From assembly GCA_041664245.1 (NCBI GenBank), contig JBAYLC010000005.1:8695-72694 (forward strand): a stretch of 64,000 nt of DNA, given 5' to 3'. The translations under genes and the position numbers were made by a program. Below, piece after piece: positions 19,849-29,800 of this stretch (the first letter of the stretch is position 1; each line of letters opens with the position of its first letter). The DNA comes from Minisyncoccota bacterium. Its GTDB lineage: Bacteria; Patescibacteriota; Minisyncoccia; UBA6257; 2-01-FULL-56-20. Below the pieces are notes generated by a model. The model was not told where the DNA came from, did not search any database, and worked only from the letters and a program-made list of their open reading frames with translations.

Positions 19849-21033
19849 ATGAAATTAGCATTTCTTCATCTTTATCTTGCGACTGCAAGCGGCGACCCAA
19901 GAATGATTTTGTCTATCGCCAAGGAGTTCAAATCGCAAGGGCACGAGGTAAAAGTATATTGCTCCGAATTTAATCCATTATTTTTAACAGATCTCCATAG
20001 GGATCTGAATATTAAAGTTGTTCCACCCCGCGCCTCTCTAAGATTAGCCCTAGGCGCGTCTAGTTTTCTTGGTAAGATCGCAGAACGTATTCGTCGCACT
20101 AAACTTTACACCGACGCGGCATATCGTATTGCGGATAAATTAGATAAAGATTTTGATTTCATTTTTTGCGAGAATGACTACACGTATAAAGCGGGAGCTC
20201 GATATAAAAAGTTTAATTCGCGTGCGAAGGTCGTTTGGATTATGAATAATCCTCCATTTTATCATTCCCCCAAGAATAACTTTCTCGTAAATATAATTAG
20301 TCAATGCGCTGCCGTGTATGAGGCGGTCGTCGCAAAAAAATTCGTAAAATGGATTGACTGGGTAGTAGTCTATGATAAAAAAAATAAAGCGGATGCGGAG
20401 ATATTAGGTTTTAAAACAAAACTCATTGGGAATCCCTTGGATTTTGATTATTTTTATGCTCCCGTAAAAAAACTTATTTCCGGTCAACCAATTAAAATTC
20501 TCGCTGTTGGAGCACTGAGTCCGCTTCGTAGATTTGAAGACGTGGTGGCAGTAACCGCGATGTTACGAAAACGGAATCTTGATGTGAGAGCAATAATAGT
20601 TTGTAAGGATTACTGGTCGGACAAAAAATACCGAGAGTCATTCACCTCGTTTATAGAAAACTCTGGAGTTAAAGAGTATATTGATATCCGATTTGATGGC
20701 GTGGAAGAGGAAGAAATTATGCAGATGCTCCGAGAATCCCAAGTAAGCGTGGTAACAAATATCGCGAAAGTGTGGATCGCGACCGCGTGCGAGGCAATGG
20801 CAGCGGGGCTACCTCTTATACTTACAAAAACAACCTCATTAGCCGATGTTCTATCCGATGGGGAAAACGCTCTCTTTGTTGATCCCCGGCACCCAGAGCA
20901 GATTGCCGAAAAAATGGAAATGTTAATTAAGAATTCAGAACTCTACGCAAATGTTGCTTTAGCTGGGCAGCGGTATGTGAGAGAAAATTTAAGTTTCCCT
21001 AAATTTGCACAAGAAATTATCAAATATCCATGA
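19849..21033 (+). CDS. GT4-family glycosyltransferase (paralog of 15679-16890)
   Basis: EAMAAGLP; shares LDFxxFYAPVK and GALxxxRRxEDV with the upstream GT4. Confidence 0.85.
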   Translation: MKLAFLHLYLATASGDPRMILSIAKEFKSQGHEVKVYCSEFNPLFLTDLHRDLNIKVVPPRASLRLALGASSFLGKIAERIRRTKLYTDAAYRIADKLDKDFDFIFCENDYTYKAGARYKKFNSRAKVVWIMNNPPFYHSPKNNFLVNIISQCAAVYEAVVAKKFVKWIDWVVVYDKKNKADAEILGFKTKLIGNPLDFDYFYAPVKKLISGQPIKILAVGALSPLRRFEDVVAVTAMLRKRNLDVRAIIVCKDYWSDKKYRESFTSFIENSGVKEYIDIRFDGVEEEEIMQMLRESQVSVVTNIAKVWIATACEAMAAGLPLILTKTTSLADVLSDGENALFVDPRHPEQIAEKMEMLIKNSELYANVALAGQRYVRENLSFPKFAQEIIKYP

Positions 21034-21806
21034 AAAAAATATTACGCCTTACGAAAGAATTTTTACGTGCCATTTTTCTGTATAGAAATTTTTGGACCTA
21101 TTATCTTGTGCGCGCGGGCTTATCACGGCACAAGAAAGTCGTGATAAAACTTCGGAACGGACTAATGTATTTAATCTTCACCGAAACAAGCCAAATTGTT
21201 ATCCTTAATGAAATTTGGAATTTTGGGATTTATGACGAGCTAGAAAGGTTCATTCATGATAATTCTATCGTTATCGACATTGGTGCGAACATTGGAGTTT
21301 TTTCTATTAAAGCCTCACGCCTTGCAAAAAACGTGAAGGTTTTAAGTTATGAACCATTCCCAAAAAATTTTGAAATTCTAAGAGAAAATACAAAACTCAA
21401 CGAACTAGAAGAAATTGTTTTTCCCAAAAAAGAGGCTGTGGCTGGCAGAAAGGGAGAGCTTGAGCTCTTTTTCAATCCCAATGATTCCGGGGATGTTTCA
21501 TCACGCCAGCAAAAACAAAAAAATCAATCCCAGTCCATTAAAGTTCCATCAATAACACTCGAAAATATTTTCCGAGAGAACGATATCGAAGTCTGTGATT
21601 TTTTGAAGATTGACTGTGAGGGTGCTGAAGAGGAAATACTGCTTAATACTCCAAGGGATTTATTTAGCCGGATAAAAAGCATCACGCTCGAGTGGCATTA
21701 TAGCCTCAATAAAATGACCACTGATGAGCTCGGGCAGTTTTTCAAAAATATGGATTATAAAATTAAATACAATCCTTCCACTCTTACTTTTTATGCTTGG
21801 CGTTAG
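21030..21806 (+). CDS. FkbM-family SAM-dependent methyltransferase
   Basis: VIDIGANIG, YEP, LKIDCEGAE, LEWH. Confidence 0.9.
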   Translation: MKKILRLTKEFLRAIFLYRNFWTYYLVRAGLSRHKKVVIKLRNGLMYLIFTETSQIVILNEIWNFGIYDELERFIHDNSIVIDIGANIGVFSIKASRLAKNVKVLSYEPFPKNFEILRENTKLNELEEIVFPKKEAVAGRKGELELFFNPNDSGDVSSRQQKQKNQSQSIKVPSITLENIFRENDIEVCDFLKIDCEGAEEEILLNTPRDLFSRIKSITLEWHYSLNKMTTDELGQFFKNMDYKIKYNPSTLTFYAWR

Positions 21807-21871
21807 GCTAGATCTATTTCCGTTTTGGTTTATCCTTGCATTGCGCCCGTCATATTTGCATAATTCCAAAC

Positions 21872-22849
21872 ATGCATCCTAAGATTTCTGTTATTTGCAC
21901 AACATTTAATGTCTGGCCTCGCATGAAAGATACCCTTGAGAGTATTATTGCCCAAACTTACAAAGATTGGGAACTTCTTGTTATGGATGGAGGATCGAAG
22001 GATGGAACGGTTGCGATGGTTGAAAGCTACATTGCCAATGATCCTCGGATAAAAATTTACTCTGAGCCTGACGAAGGAGCGCTGCATGCTCTTGAAAAAG
22101 GCCTCACACGTGCAACTGGAGATTACCTTATTCTTGCATGTGGGCAGGATTATTTTAGTGATCCGAATTGGTTTTCTGCAGCTACGAAGGTTTTAGAGGA
22201 AGACAAGCAGGTTTCTTTAGTGTGGGCATTAGGACGCGGCATAACAGAGGAAGGAAAAGATGTTGGTACCAACGCTTCATATGCTCATTTTATCGACGGG
22301 CGCGGTGAATTGGAGGTTCTATGGATTTTTATAATAAAGTGCCTGGATATCGTGAAGAATCTGCTCTTTGCTGGTTGGGAAAAGAAAAAATTTACCCTGC
22401 GAAAAATTTTTTCCAAGGCGGCTCCGCTCCGAGTTCACTCGATCACCACTTCTGGATTTACAAAAGAAAAATTTCCCCAAAAAGAAGACTGGTTTTTTTA
22501 TTGGCTAAAAACAGGCTTAGTTTTTCCTGATCAATGCCTCGTAGTAAGTAAGAAGGTTTATATCGAATGCGCTCCCCGATACAATATAGGAAGCAAACGG
22601 TTAAATTCCTTTGGTGATTTCGTTTTTAATTTCAACACTAAAGGATATATGGCGTATTTCATACCCGCGTACGTGGGGTATGGTCTGCTTCATGCTAGTA
22701 GTTCTGGAAATAGAGCAGCAAGAGGCATCTATCTTGAAGCTGAAAAATACTTTAGTATGATCCAGGCTTTTAAAAAAAATAATCTCGGGAAAATGATTAC
22801 GTTTCGTGACCGGGACGGTAATTTTGTTTCGGAAAGAAAAGTCAACTAA
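21872..22849 (+). CDS. GT2-family glycosyltransferase
   Basis: KISVI, MDGGSKDGT, SEPDEG; ATG 21872. Confidence 0.8.
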   Translation: MHPKISVICTTFNVWPRMKDTLESIIAQTYKDWELLVMDGGSKDGTVAMVESYIANDPRIKIYSEPDEGALHALEKGLTRATGDYLILACGQDYFSDPNWFSAATKVLEEDKQVSLVWALGRGITEEGKDVGTNASYAHFIDGRGELEVLWIFIIKCLDIVKNLLFAGWEKKKFTLRKIFSKAAPLRVHSITTSGFTKEKFPQKEDWFFYWLKTGLVFPDQCLVVSKKVYIECAPRYNIGSKRLNSFGDFVFNFNTKGYMAYFIPAYVGYGLLHASSSGNRAARGIYLEAEKYFSMIQAFKKNNLGKMITFRDRDGNFVSERKVN

Positions 22850-22978
22850 GAGATTTTAAAATAGATTCCAGGGGTAGTGTATTTGTGAACTTAAACAATT
22901 TTCTGATTATATTTATGTATAAAGTAATAGTTTTATTGTATATTAATAAGAACAAAGGCGTTTCTTTATCTCAATAAA

Positions 22979-24025
22979 ATGAAAGTACTTTACGCCGGTA
23001 TGCAGAAAGAAAATTATGATTCTAAAAACAGGGATAGTTTTGAGTATATTAATTTTTTTCTTACGCTGAAAGCTATGCCCGGAGTTGAAGTTTTTGAGCA
23101 CCCATTCGACAGAATCCTTGAAGTAGGCAAAAAAAACTGGAATATAGAGCTATTTGAAATTATTAAAAAAGAAAAACCAGAGCTACTCTTTGTTTTTATG
23201 TATACCGACGAACTTGAGACAGCGATACTTGAAAAAATTAGAAATACAACCACCACTAAGAGTATTGCCTGGTTCGCGGATGACTATTGGCGTTTTTGGA
23301 ACTACTCTAAAAATTGGGCATCTCATTTTGATTGGGTAGTCACTACATATTCTCGAGCCGTCGAATGGTATCAAAAAAAAGGGTTAGGTAATATTCTTCT
23401 ATCTCAGTGGGCTTGTAATACTAACAACTATAAGTCCCTAAATCTCCAAAAGGGTATCGATGTTAGTTTTATTGGGCAATATAAATCTGGCCGAGCCAAA
23501 GTAATCAAGCAACTAAAAAAGGTCGGCATTTCTGTCGAAACTTATGGATTTGGTTGGCCCAACGGCAAGATTAGTCAGGAAAAAATGATAGAAATTTTTA
23601 GCCGCAGCAAAATCAACCTAAACATCAATGCTAGGCCAGGCCTTTTGCACCCTAAGGTAGTCAGCCGTATTTTTTTTAGAAAATCAATAAATAGAATTAA
23701 GGTGGATCTTCACTTAGTCGATAATCTAATGGCCTATTTCCATTTTCCGATCCATCATACTCACGCCCGGCCTTTTGAACTCGCTGGTTGTGGGTCCTTC
23801 GTTATTTCGGGATATTCCGAAGACATAGATAAATACTATCGTAACGGCGAGGAAATGGTTTTCTATAAATCACCTGATGACCTAGCTGAAAAAATCAAGT
23901 ATTATTTATCTCATTCCGAGGAAAGGGAAAAAATTGCTGTTGCTGGCTATAAACGAACGATTTGTGAACACACTTACCAAGCTAGATTTATGGAAATATT
24001 TAAAAAAATCGGGTTAAATTTATAA
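22979..24025 (+). CDS. CgeB-like glycosyltransferase
   Basis: DVSFIG, SKINLN, RPFELAGCG, HTYQAR. Confidence 0.8.
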   Translation: MKVLYAGMQKENYDSKNRDSFEYINFFLTLKAMPGVEVFEHPFDRILEVGKKNWNIELFEIIKKEKPELLFVFMYTDELETAILEKIRNTTTTKSIAWFADDYWRFWNYSKNWASHFDWVVTTYSRAVEWYQKKGLGNILLSQWACNTNNYKSLNLQKGIDVSFIGQYKSGRAKVIKQLKKVGISVETYGFGWPNGKISQEKMIEIFSRSKINLNINARPGLLHPKVVSRIFFRKSINRIKVDLHLVDNLMAYFHFPIHHTHARPFELAGCGSFVISGYSEDIDKYYRNGEEMVFYKSPDDLAEKIKYYLSHSEEREKIAVAGYKRTICEHTYQARFMEIFKKIGLNL

Positions 24026-24027
24026 AC

Positions 24028-24735
24028 ATGGAAAATTCAAAACCCCTAAAACTTCATCTTGGTTGCCAAGAAAAATATCTCGATGGATATGTTAATATCG
24101 ATCTTCCGCCAGAAGCCCACACCGTAGAAAAAGTGCGGGTGGATGTCTACGCCGATGTGCGCACTCTTTCTTATGAAGCTGAATCAATAAGCGAAGTGCG
24201 TTCTGAACATCTTCTTGAGCATTTTTCGCGCCAGGAATCCCTTCTACTTCTCGCCCGCTGGCATAAATGGCTGAAGATGGACGGCCTACTCCACGTTGAA
24301 ACCCCCGACTTTGAAGAATCCGCTAAAAAATTTCTAAAAGGCTCGCTCGATGAAAAATTCATGCTCGCTCGCCACATCTTTGGTTCCCATGAGGCGGACT
24401 GGGCCTATCACAAAGATTTTTGGTCGGAAGAAAAATTCCGGTTTGTTCTCGGCGAATTGGGCTATGGTGATTTCCACTTTGATAAAATTTCCAATAATCT
24501 TGAATCAAAATTTCCTGTTTTAAAAGGAACGTTCATTACTAAACCCGAAAGCGTCTTTAAAAAACTTGGGCCTTTAGGATTTAATAATCTGCCCAATATT
24601 ATCTGCTACGCTAAAAAAGTTAAAAAAGAAATTGACTACCTCGCGGCGATAAAGTGCATTCTAGAAAAATCACTCGTGGGCAGAGAAGCCAAAATATTAG
24701 AAGTTTGGCTCCTCGATATAAAAGGGAAAATATAA
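24028..24735 (+). CDS. Class I SAM-dependent methyltransferase-like protein
   Basis: LKLHLGC, YVNID, HLLEH, LHVETPD. Confidence 0.7.
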   Translation: MENSKPLKLHLGCQEKYLDGYVNIDLPPEAHTVEKVRVDVYADVRTLSYEAESISEVRSEHLLEHFSRQESLLLLARWHKWLKMDGLLHVETPDFEESAKKFLKGSLDEKFMLARHIFGSHEADWAYHKDFWSEEKFRFVLGELGYGDFHFDKISNNLESKFPVLKGTFITKPESVFKKLGPLGFNNLPNIICYAKKVKKEIDYLAAIKCILEKSLVGREAKILEVWLLDIKGKI

Positions 24736-25608
24736 ATGAAGCCTCTAGTTTCTATCATTATCCCAGCCTATAACGCCGGCAGTTTCCTAGCTGAAACCAT
24801 TGAGAGCGTTATCGCTCAAACGTATTCGAATTGGGAATTAATTATTATTGATGACGGCTCAGTCGATGAAACCGCCAGCGTTGTAAGTGGGTATACAAAT
24901 AAAGATGAGAGAATTAAATATTTTTTTCAAACCAACCAAAAAATGGCTTCAGCTAGAAACGCTGGAATCAAAAGGGCCAGAGGAGAATACGTAGCTTTTT
25001 TAGACGCTGATAATCTTTTTCTTCCAGACAAATTATTTAAACATATTGATTTTATGGAAAGTCACCCAGAGTGCGATGTTTCTTACGGCAAGATCAACTA
25101 TTTTTATGGGAGTAATAAGGCGATTCTCTACAAAAATGAACAGCCAGAATTTTCCGGCGATATTTTTGAAAAAGTTTTACCTCAAAATTTCATTAATGTT
25201 TTGGCGGTGATGGTTAAAAAGGAATTATTTAATAAATTTGGCGCTTTCCAGGAAGGGTGGTATGCCTGCGACGAGCATTACGTTTGGATAAATCTTTCCT
25301 ATCACGGAGCCAAATTTTACCCCTTCCAAGAAGTTGTTGGTCTGTTGCGTCTTCACAATGCCAATGATTCCTATCGTGCGGACTATCTAATAAGGACCGC
25401 AGATCAATTTACTAAAATGCTCGATATCATTGAATCTTGGTTCAATCCAAAGGAGAAAATCAAATACAAAAAAACCATTTTATCCTTGAGAAGGCATTGG
25501 TATCGAATGAGGTTCTTAGGCCAATTGCTTATAACCCCCGCCTTATCGTGGATCCTGATGCCCCTTTTTCTCTATTATCGTAAAACTAAATATCAACTCA
25601 TAAAATAA
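24736..25608 (+). CDS. GT2-family glycosyltransferase
   Basis: VSIIIPAYN, IDDGS, ARNAG, FLDAD. Confidence 0.9.
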   Translation: MKPLVSIIIPAYNAGSFLAETIESVIAQTYSNWELIIIDDGSVDETASVVSGYTNKDERIKYFFQTNQKMASARNAGIKRARGEYVAFLDADNLFLPDKLFKHIDFMESHPECDVSYGKINYFYGSNKAILYKNEQPEFSGDIFEKVLPQNFINVLAVMVKKELFNKFGAFQEGWYACDEHYVWINLSYHGAKFYPFQEVVGLLRLHNANDSYRADYLIRTADQFTKMLDIIESWFNPKEKIKYKKTILSLRRHWYRMRFLGQLLITPALSWILMPLFLYYRKTKYQLIK

Positions 25609-25655
25609 ATCGCACATAGACGGATCGAAATTTGTCGTGCTACTCTATTGTTGTT

Positions 25656-26570
25656 ATGGCTAAGGTACTAATTACTGGTGTGGCGGGTTTTATCGGTTCA
25701 AATCTTGCCGAAAAATTGCTCCAAAATGGCCACGAGGTCATCGGTGTTGATGACCTCTCTTACGGTATTCTTGAGCAGGTTCCCAAGGGAGTTGAATTTC
25801 ACAAGATTGATATTCGATCAGAAGATATTTTTTCCCTGTTCAAAGGAGTGCATACGGTATTTCATCTTGCGGCAAAAAACGATTTAATTGCGTGTCAGGA
25901 AAATCCAGTAGAGACTATCAGCGTGAATGTGCACGGCACAATAAATATTTTTGAAGCCTCGCGTCGCGCGGGAGTAAAAAAAGTTGTATTTGCCTCATCT
26001 TCAGCGCTTGAAGAAGGAGAAGCAAGACTCAAGGGATTCTATGCGATCAGTAAGACAGTATGTGAAAAAATTGCGGACGGCTATCACGTCGCATTCGGTT
26101 TGAATTACGTCTTGCTTAGATATTTTAATGTTTATGGCCCCAGGCAGGATTATCGTCGCGCGCATCCACCTGTGATGAGCGCACTTATAATTAAAGTGCT
26201 CAAAGGAGAGCAGCCAATTCTCTACGAGGGATACGAAGAAAATAAGCGGGATTTTATTTATGTGGACGATGCTAATGATTTCAATATTTTATGCATCGAA
26301 AATGAGAATATGAATAATAAATTTTTTCGGCTGGGCACGGGGAAATCCAGTTCAATTGAAGATGTCTGGAATGCAGTTAAGAAAGTTACTGGTTCCAATC
26401 TTGAACCCATCATTAAATCTCGCCTGCCTCTAGACACGCTTTCTGTAACGTTAGCCGACATAACCGAAGCCGGAAAAATCGGCTGGAAAGCTAAGACCTC
26501 GCTAGAGGATGGTCTCAAGGCTCAATTTGAATATTTAAAGAGCGAATTTATAAAAGGGAAAATTAAATAA
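25656..26570 (+). CDS. NAD-dependent NDP-sugar epimerase (LmbM-family position)
   Basis: TGVAGFIGS, HLAA, YAISK, LRYFNVYGP, RDFIYV; ATG 25656. Confidence 0.85.
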   Translation: MAKVLITGVAGFIGSNLAEKLLQNGHEVIGVDDLSYGILEQVPKGVEFHKIDIRSEDIFSLFKGVHTVFHLAAKNDLIACQENPVETISVNVHGTINIFEASRRAGVKKVVFASSSALEEGEARLKGFYAISKTVCEKIADGYHVAFGLNYVLLRYFNVYGPRQDYRRAHPPVMSALIIKVLKGEQPILYEGYEENKRDFIYVDDANDFNILCIENENMNNKFFRLGTGKSSSIEDVWNAVKKVTGSNLEPIIKSRLPLDTLSVTLADITEAGKIGWKAKTSLEDGLKAQFEYLKSEFIKGKIK

Positions 26571-26655
26571 CTTTTTTATTGTCATCTCGTCAAAAATTTA
26601 AATAATTTTTAATCCCTATGGACGAAAGGCTATTTTCTAGATAAAATAAAAAGAA

Positions 26656-27642
26656 ATGATTATAACACGCACTCCTTTCCGAGTTACTTTAGGTGGTGGC
26701 GGTACCGACCTCCCCTCCTACTATTCTAAATACGGTGGATTTATTTTCTCCGCCGGCCTTGATAAATATATGTTTGTGAGTGTTAACCGCCCCGTTGTTG
26801 ATGATCTGATTCGCCTTAAATATTCCAAGAGTGAAACCGTTGAGCGTCTTGATCAGCTTCAACACGAAATAGCTCGGGAAACGCTTCGGATGATGGGCAT
26901 TGAAAAAGGAATTGAGATTAATTCCATTGCCGACATCTCTGCTGGTACCGGTCTTGGTTCGTCCAGTTGCTACGCTGTCGGTCTTCTCCGCGCTCTCCAC
27001 ACTTTAAAGCGGGAATATGTTCCTCTCCAGCAAATTGCCGAAGAAGATTTCAAAGTCGAAGCCGAAATTCTCGGCCGGCCTATCGGCAAGCAAGATCCCT
27101 ACCTCGCCGCTTTCGGCGGGCTTACTATTCTGGAAATTGAAAAGGACGGGAAAGTTAAAATTCGTAAAGCTAATGTTTCTGACGAAACCATTGATGCCTT
27201 AAATCGCAATATGCTCTTGTTTTTCACCGGTACCACTCGTAGTGCTGATGATATTTTAGGGGAACAGTCCACCGGGGTTAAGGAAGAAAAAAAAGATGTT
27301 ATTGAAAGCATGCATTACATTAAAGAGCTTGGTTACGAAATTTTGGAAGCTGTTGAAAGCGGTAATGTTGATGAGGTTGGTCGTTTGTTCCATGCTCATT
27401 GGCAACACAAAAAAAAGATTTCCGCTAAAATGTCCAACGAGCATTTCGATAAAATTTACGAAGTCGCGCGAGAAAATGGCGCTTTGGGTGGAAAAATATC
27501 TGGCGCTGGCGGAGGCGGTTTCTTCACTTTCTACGCGGAAAAAAATCACGGTAAATTAAAAAAGGTAATGGCCGAAATGGGTCTTCGTGAAATGCGCTAT
27601 CATTTTGACCTCGAGGGATCTAAGGTGTTGGTTGATTTCTAA
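26656..27642 (+). CDS. GHMP-family higher-sugar phosphate kinase, copy 2 (HddA/LmbP-like)
   Basis: RTPFRVTLGGGGTD, GTGLGSSS, IGKQD, KISGAGGGG. Confidence 0.85.
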   Translation: MIITRTPFRVTLGGGGTDLPSYYSKYGGFIFSAGLDKYMFVSVNRPVVDDLIRLKYSKSETVERLDQLQHEIARETLRMMGIEKGIEINSIADISAGTGLGSSSCYAVGLLRALHTLKREYVPLQQIAEEDFKVEAEILGRPIGKQDPYLAAFGGLTILEIEKDGKVKIRKANVSDETIDALNRNMLLFFTGTTRSADDILGEQSTGVKEEKKDVIESMHYIKELGYEILEAVESGNVDEVGRLFHAHWQHKKKISAKMSNEHFDKIYEVARENGALGGKISGAGGGGFFTFYAEKNHGKLKKVMAEMGLREMRYHFDLEGSKVLVDF

Positions 27643-27657
27643 TTAGTAAAGTTTTCT

Positions 27658-28965
27658 ATGTGGCCCTATAAAATCGCTGTTCTTGGCCTCTGGCATTTGG
27701 GTGAAATCTATTCCGCCGGCCTATCCGACTTAGGGCATCAAGTAGTTGGTTTGAGTGAAGACGAATCATTAATCAGTAATTTTCAAAAAAATATTCCACC
27801 TTTGCCGGAGCCGAATCTTGAAGAAACTCTTAAAAATAATCAAGCCGTTGGTCGCTTAACTTTTAGTGCTGATTTTTCAAAGATTGAAGGTTGCGATGTG
27901 CTTTGGGTTACTTTCGATACCCCAGTAAATAATCAAGATGAAGTTGATCTAACTCTGATTTGGTCAGCGCTGGGAAAATCGTTACCGCATCTGAAAAATC
28001 AATCCCTGATTATTATTTCAAGTCAGATTCCAGTTGGCACTTCAAACAAAATTTGTGAATTTATAAATCAAAAGCGGCCAGATTTAAATTTTGATTATAT
28101 TTATTCCCCGGAAAATCTTCGCCTTGGCGAGGCCCTAGAGTGTTTCAAAAATCCCGGCCGAATTGTTTTTGGTGCTTTTAGTTCCAAGGCATCAGAAAAA
28201 TTTAAAGATATTCTATCGGGCCTTAAAACTGAATTTATCGAAATGAGCCCGGTTTCAGCCGAGATGTCTAAGCACGCCATTAATGCTTTTCTTGCCACTT
28301 CCGTTAGTTTTATAAACGACCTCTCTGATCTTTCCGAAAAAGTTGGAGCCGATATTATCGATGTTTCTCGGGCTCTTAAATCAGAACCAAGAATCGGCCC
28401 CAAGGCTTTTCTCAGCGCCGGTATTGGTTTCGCCGGCGGCACACTTGGTCGGGATCTTCAAGCTTTAATTAAATCCGCCAAAGACCAAAATATTTCTCTG
28501 CCAGTCATTGAAAGTATCTACGAAAAAAATAAAAATCGCGCCGAAGCCATATTAAATATTCTTCAAAAAAATTTAGGGGATTTTAAAAATAAAAAAATTT
28601 CTATTCTTGGCCTGACTTATAAACCCGGGACAAGAACCCTTCGCCGTTCAAGATCTTTGGAAATAGCGCTAAAGTTAAAAAATCTAGGTGCCCGCCTTTC
28701 TCTCTGCGATCCGCAAGTTGATGAGAAGGAACTGGCCTCTTTTGGCGATTTCGATTTTTCTCGCGATCCCTATCAGGCCGTTGCCAACGCTGAGGCCGTG
28801 ATTGTCGCTACCCCTTGGCCGGAGTTCAGGGATTTAGATTTTCAAAAATTAAAAGAAGTGGCATCTTCTAATGCTATTATTTTTGACACCTCTAACTTTT
28901 TTTCAGAAAAAGAATCTATAATTAAAAAAGTCGGTTTTATCTATCTTGGCATTGGCCGCAAATAA
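27658..28965 (+). CDS. UDP-glucose/GDP-mannose dehydrogenase homolog lacking the catalytic Cys (LmbL-like)
   Basis: DTPV, SPENLRLG, SAEMSKHAINAFLA, GLTYKPGT; GFAGGTLGRD replaces GYGGSCFPKD; GLWHLG Rossmann variant. Confidence 0.8.
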   Translation: MWPYKIAVLGLWHLGEIYSAGLSDLGHQVVGLSEDESLISNFQKNIPPLPEPNLEETLKNNQAVGRLTFSADFSKIEGCDVLWVTFDTPVNNQDEVDLTLIWSALGKSLPHLKNQSLIIISSQIPVGTSNKICEFINQKRPDLNFDYIYSPENLRLGEALECFKNPGRIVFGAFSSKASEKFKDILSGLKTEFIEMSPVSAEMSKHAINAFLATSVSFINDLSDLSEKVGADIIDVSRALKSEPRIGPKAFLSAGIGFAGGTLGRDLQALIKSAKDQNISLPVIESIYEKNKNRAEAILNILQKNLGDFKNKKISILGLTYKPGTRTLRRSRSLEIALKLKNLGARLSLCDPQVDEKELASFGDFDFSRDPYQAVANAEAVIVATPWPEFRDLDFQKLKEVASSNAIIFDTSNFFSEKESIIKKVGFIYLGIGRK

Positions 28966-28969
28966 TTCA

Positions 28970-29800
28970 ATGGATTTAGAAAATAAAGTTGTTCTTATAA
29001 CCGGCGCTAGCCGGGGTATTGGCAAGGCAGTCGCCGCCGCCTTCTTAAAAGAAGGAGCAAAGGTTATGCTTGCCGCCCGCTCCGAAGAAGAATTAAAAAT
29101 CACTCAACAAGAGTTTAAGATTAATTATCCGTTCGTTGAGATCGCTGCTTTTGATGTCTCTAATTTTCTCGAATCAACAGAAGTTGTTAAAAAAACTGTT
29201 GCCGCCTTTGGAACCATCGATATTCTTGTAAATGCCGCGGGAATCTATGGTCCCATTGGTCCGTCTGAAGAAATAGATATAAATCTTTGGAGAAATACCT
29301 ATGAAGTAAATGTTTTTGGAACTTTCCAGATGATCCATCAAGTCGCCCCTATCATGATCAAAAATAAATCCGGCAAAATCATAAATTTTTCCGGCGGTGG
29401 CGATGGGCCCCTTGCCCGTTTCAGCGCTTACAATTCCTCTAAAGTTGCCATTGTCCGCCTTACCGAAACCTTAGCCGTGGAATTTAAAGATTATAATCTT
29501 GAAGTAAATTGTCTCGCCCCTGGGCCGGTCAATACTAAATTTTTAGATGAAGCTCTTGCCGCCGGTGAAGGGAAGGTAGGGCCGGATAGGTATGCTATTC
29601 TTCAAAAACAAAAAGCGGACGGCGGTGTTCCTCCAGAAAAAACTGCCGAGCTCTGCGTTTTTCTAGCTTCATCAAGATCAAATGGCCTAACGGGTAAATT
29701 TTTAAGCGTCGTCTGGGATAAATGGCAAGACTGGGGGCCGGAAGAAATTAAAAAAATTATGGCGACCGATGTCTATACTCTGCGCCGGGTAAAAATATGA
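28970..29800 (+). CDS. Short-chain dehydrogenase/reductase
   Basis: TGASRGIG, NAAGIYGPIG, YNSSK, APGPVNT; ATG 28970. Confidence 0.88.
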   Translation: MDLENKVVLITGASRGIGKAVAAAFLKEGAKVMLAARSEEELKITQQEFKINYPFVEIAAFDVSNFLESTEVVKKTVAAFGTIDILVNAAGIYGPIGPSEEIDINLWRNTYEVNVFGTFQMIHQVAPIMIKNKSGKIINFSGGGDGPLARFSAYNSSKVAIVRLTETLAVEFKDYNLEVNCLAPGPVNTKFLDEALAAGEGKVGPDRYAILQKQKADGGVPPEKTAELCVFLASSRSNGLTGKFLSVVWDKWQDWGPEEIKKIMATDVYTLRRVKI

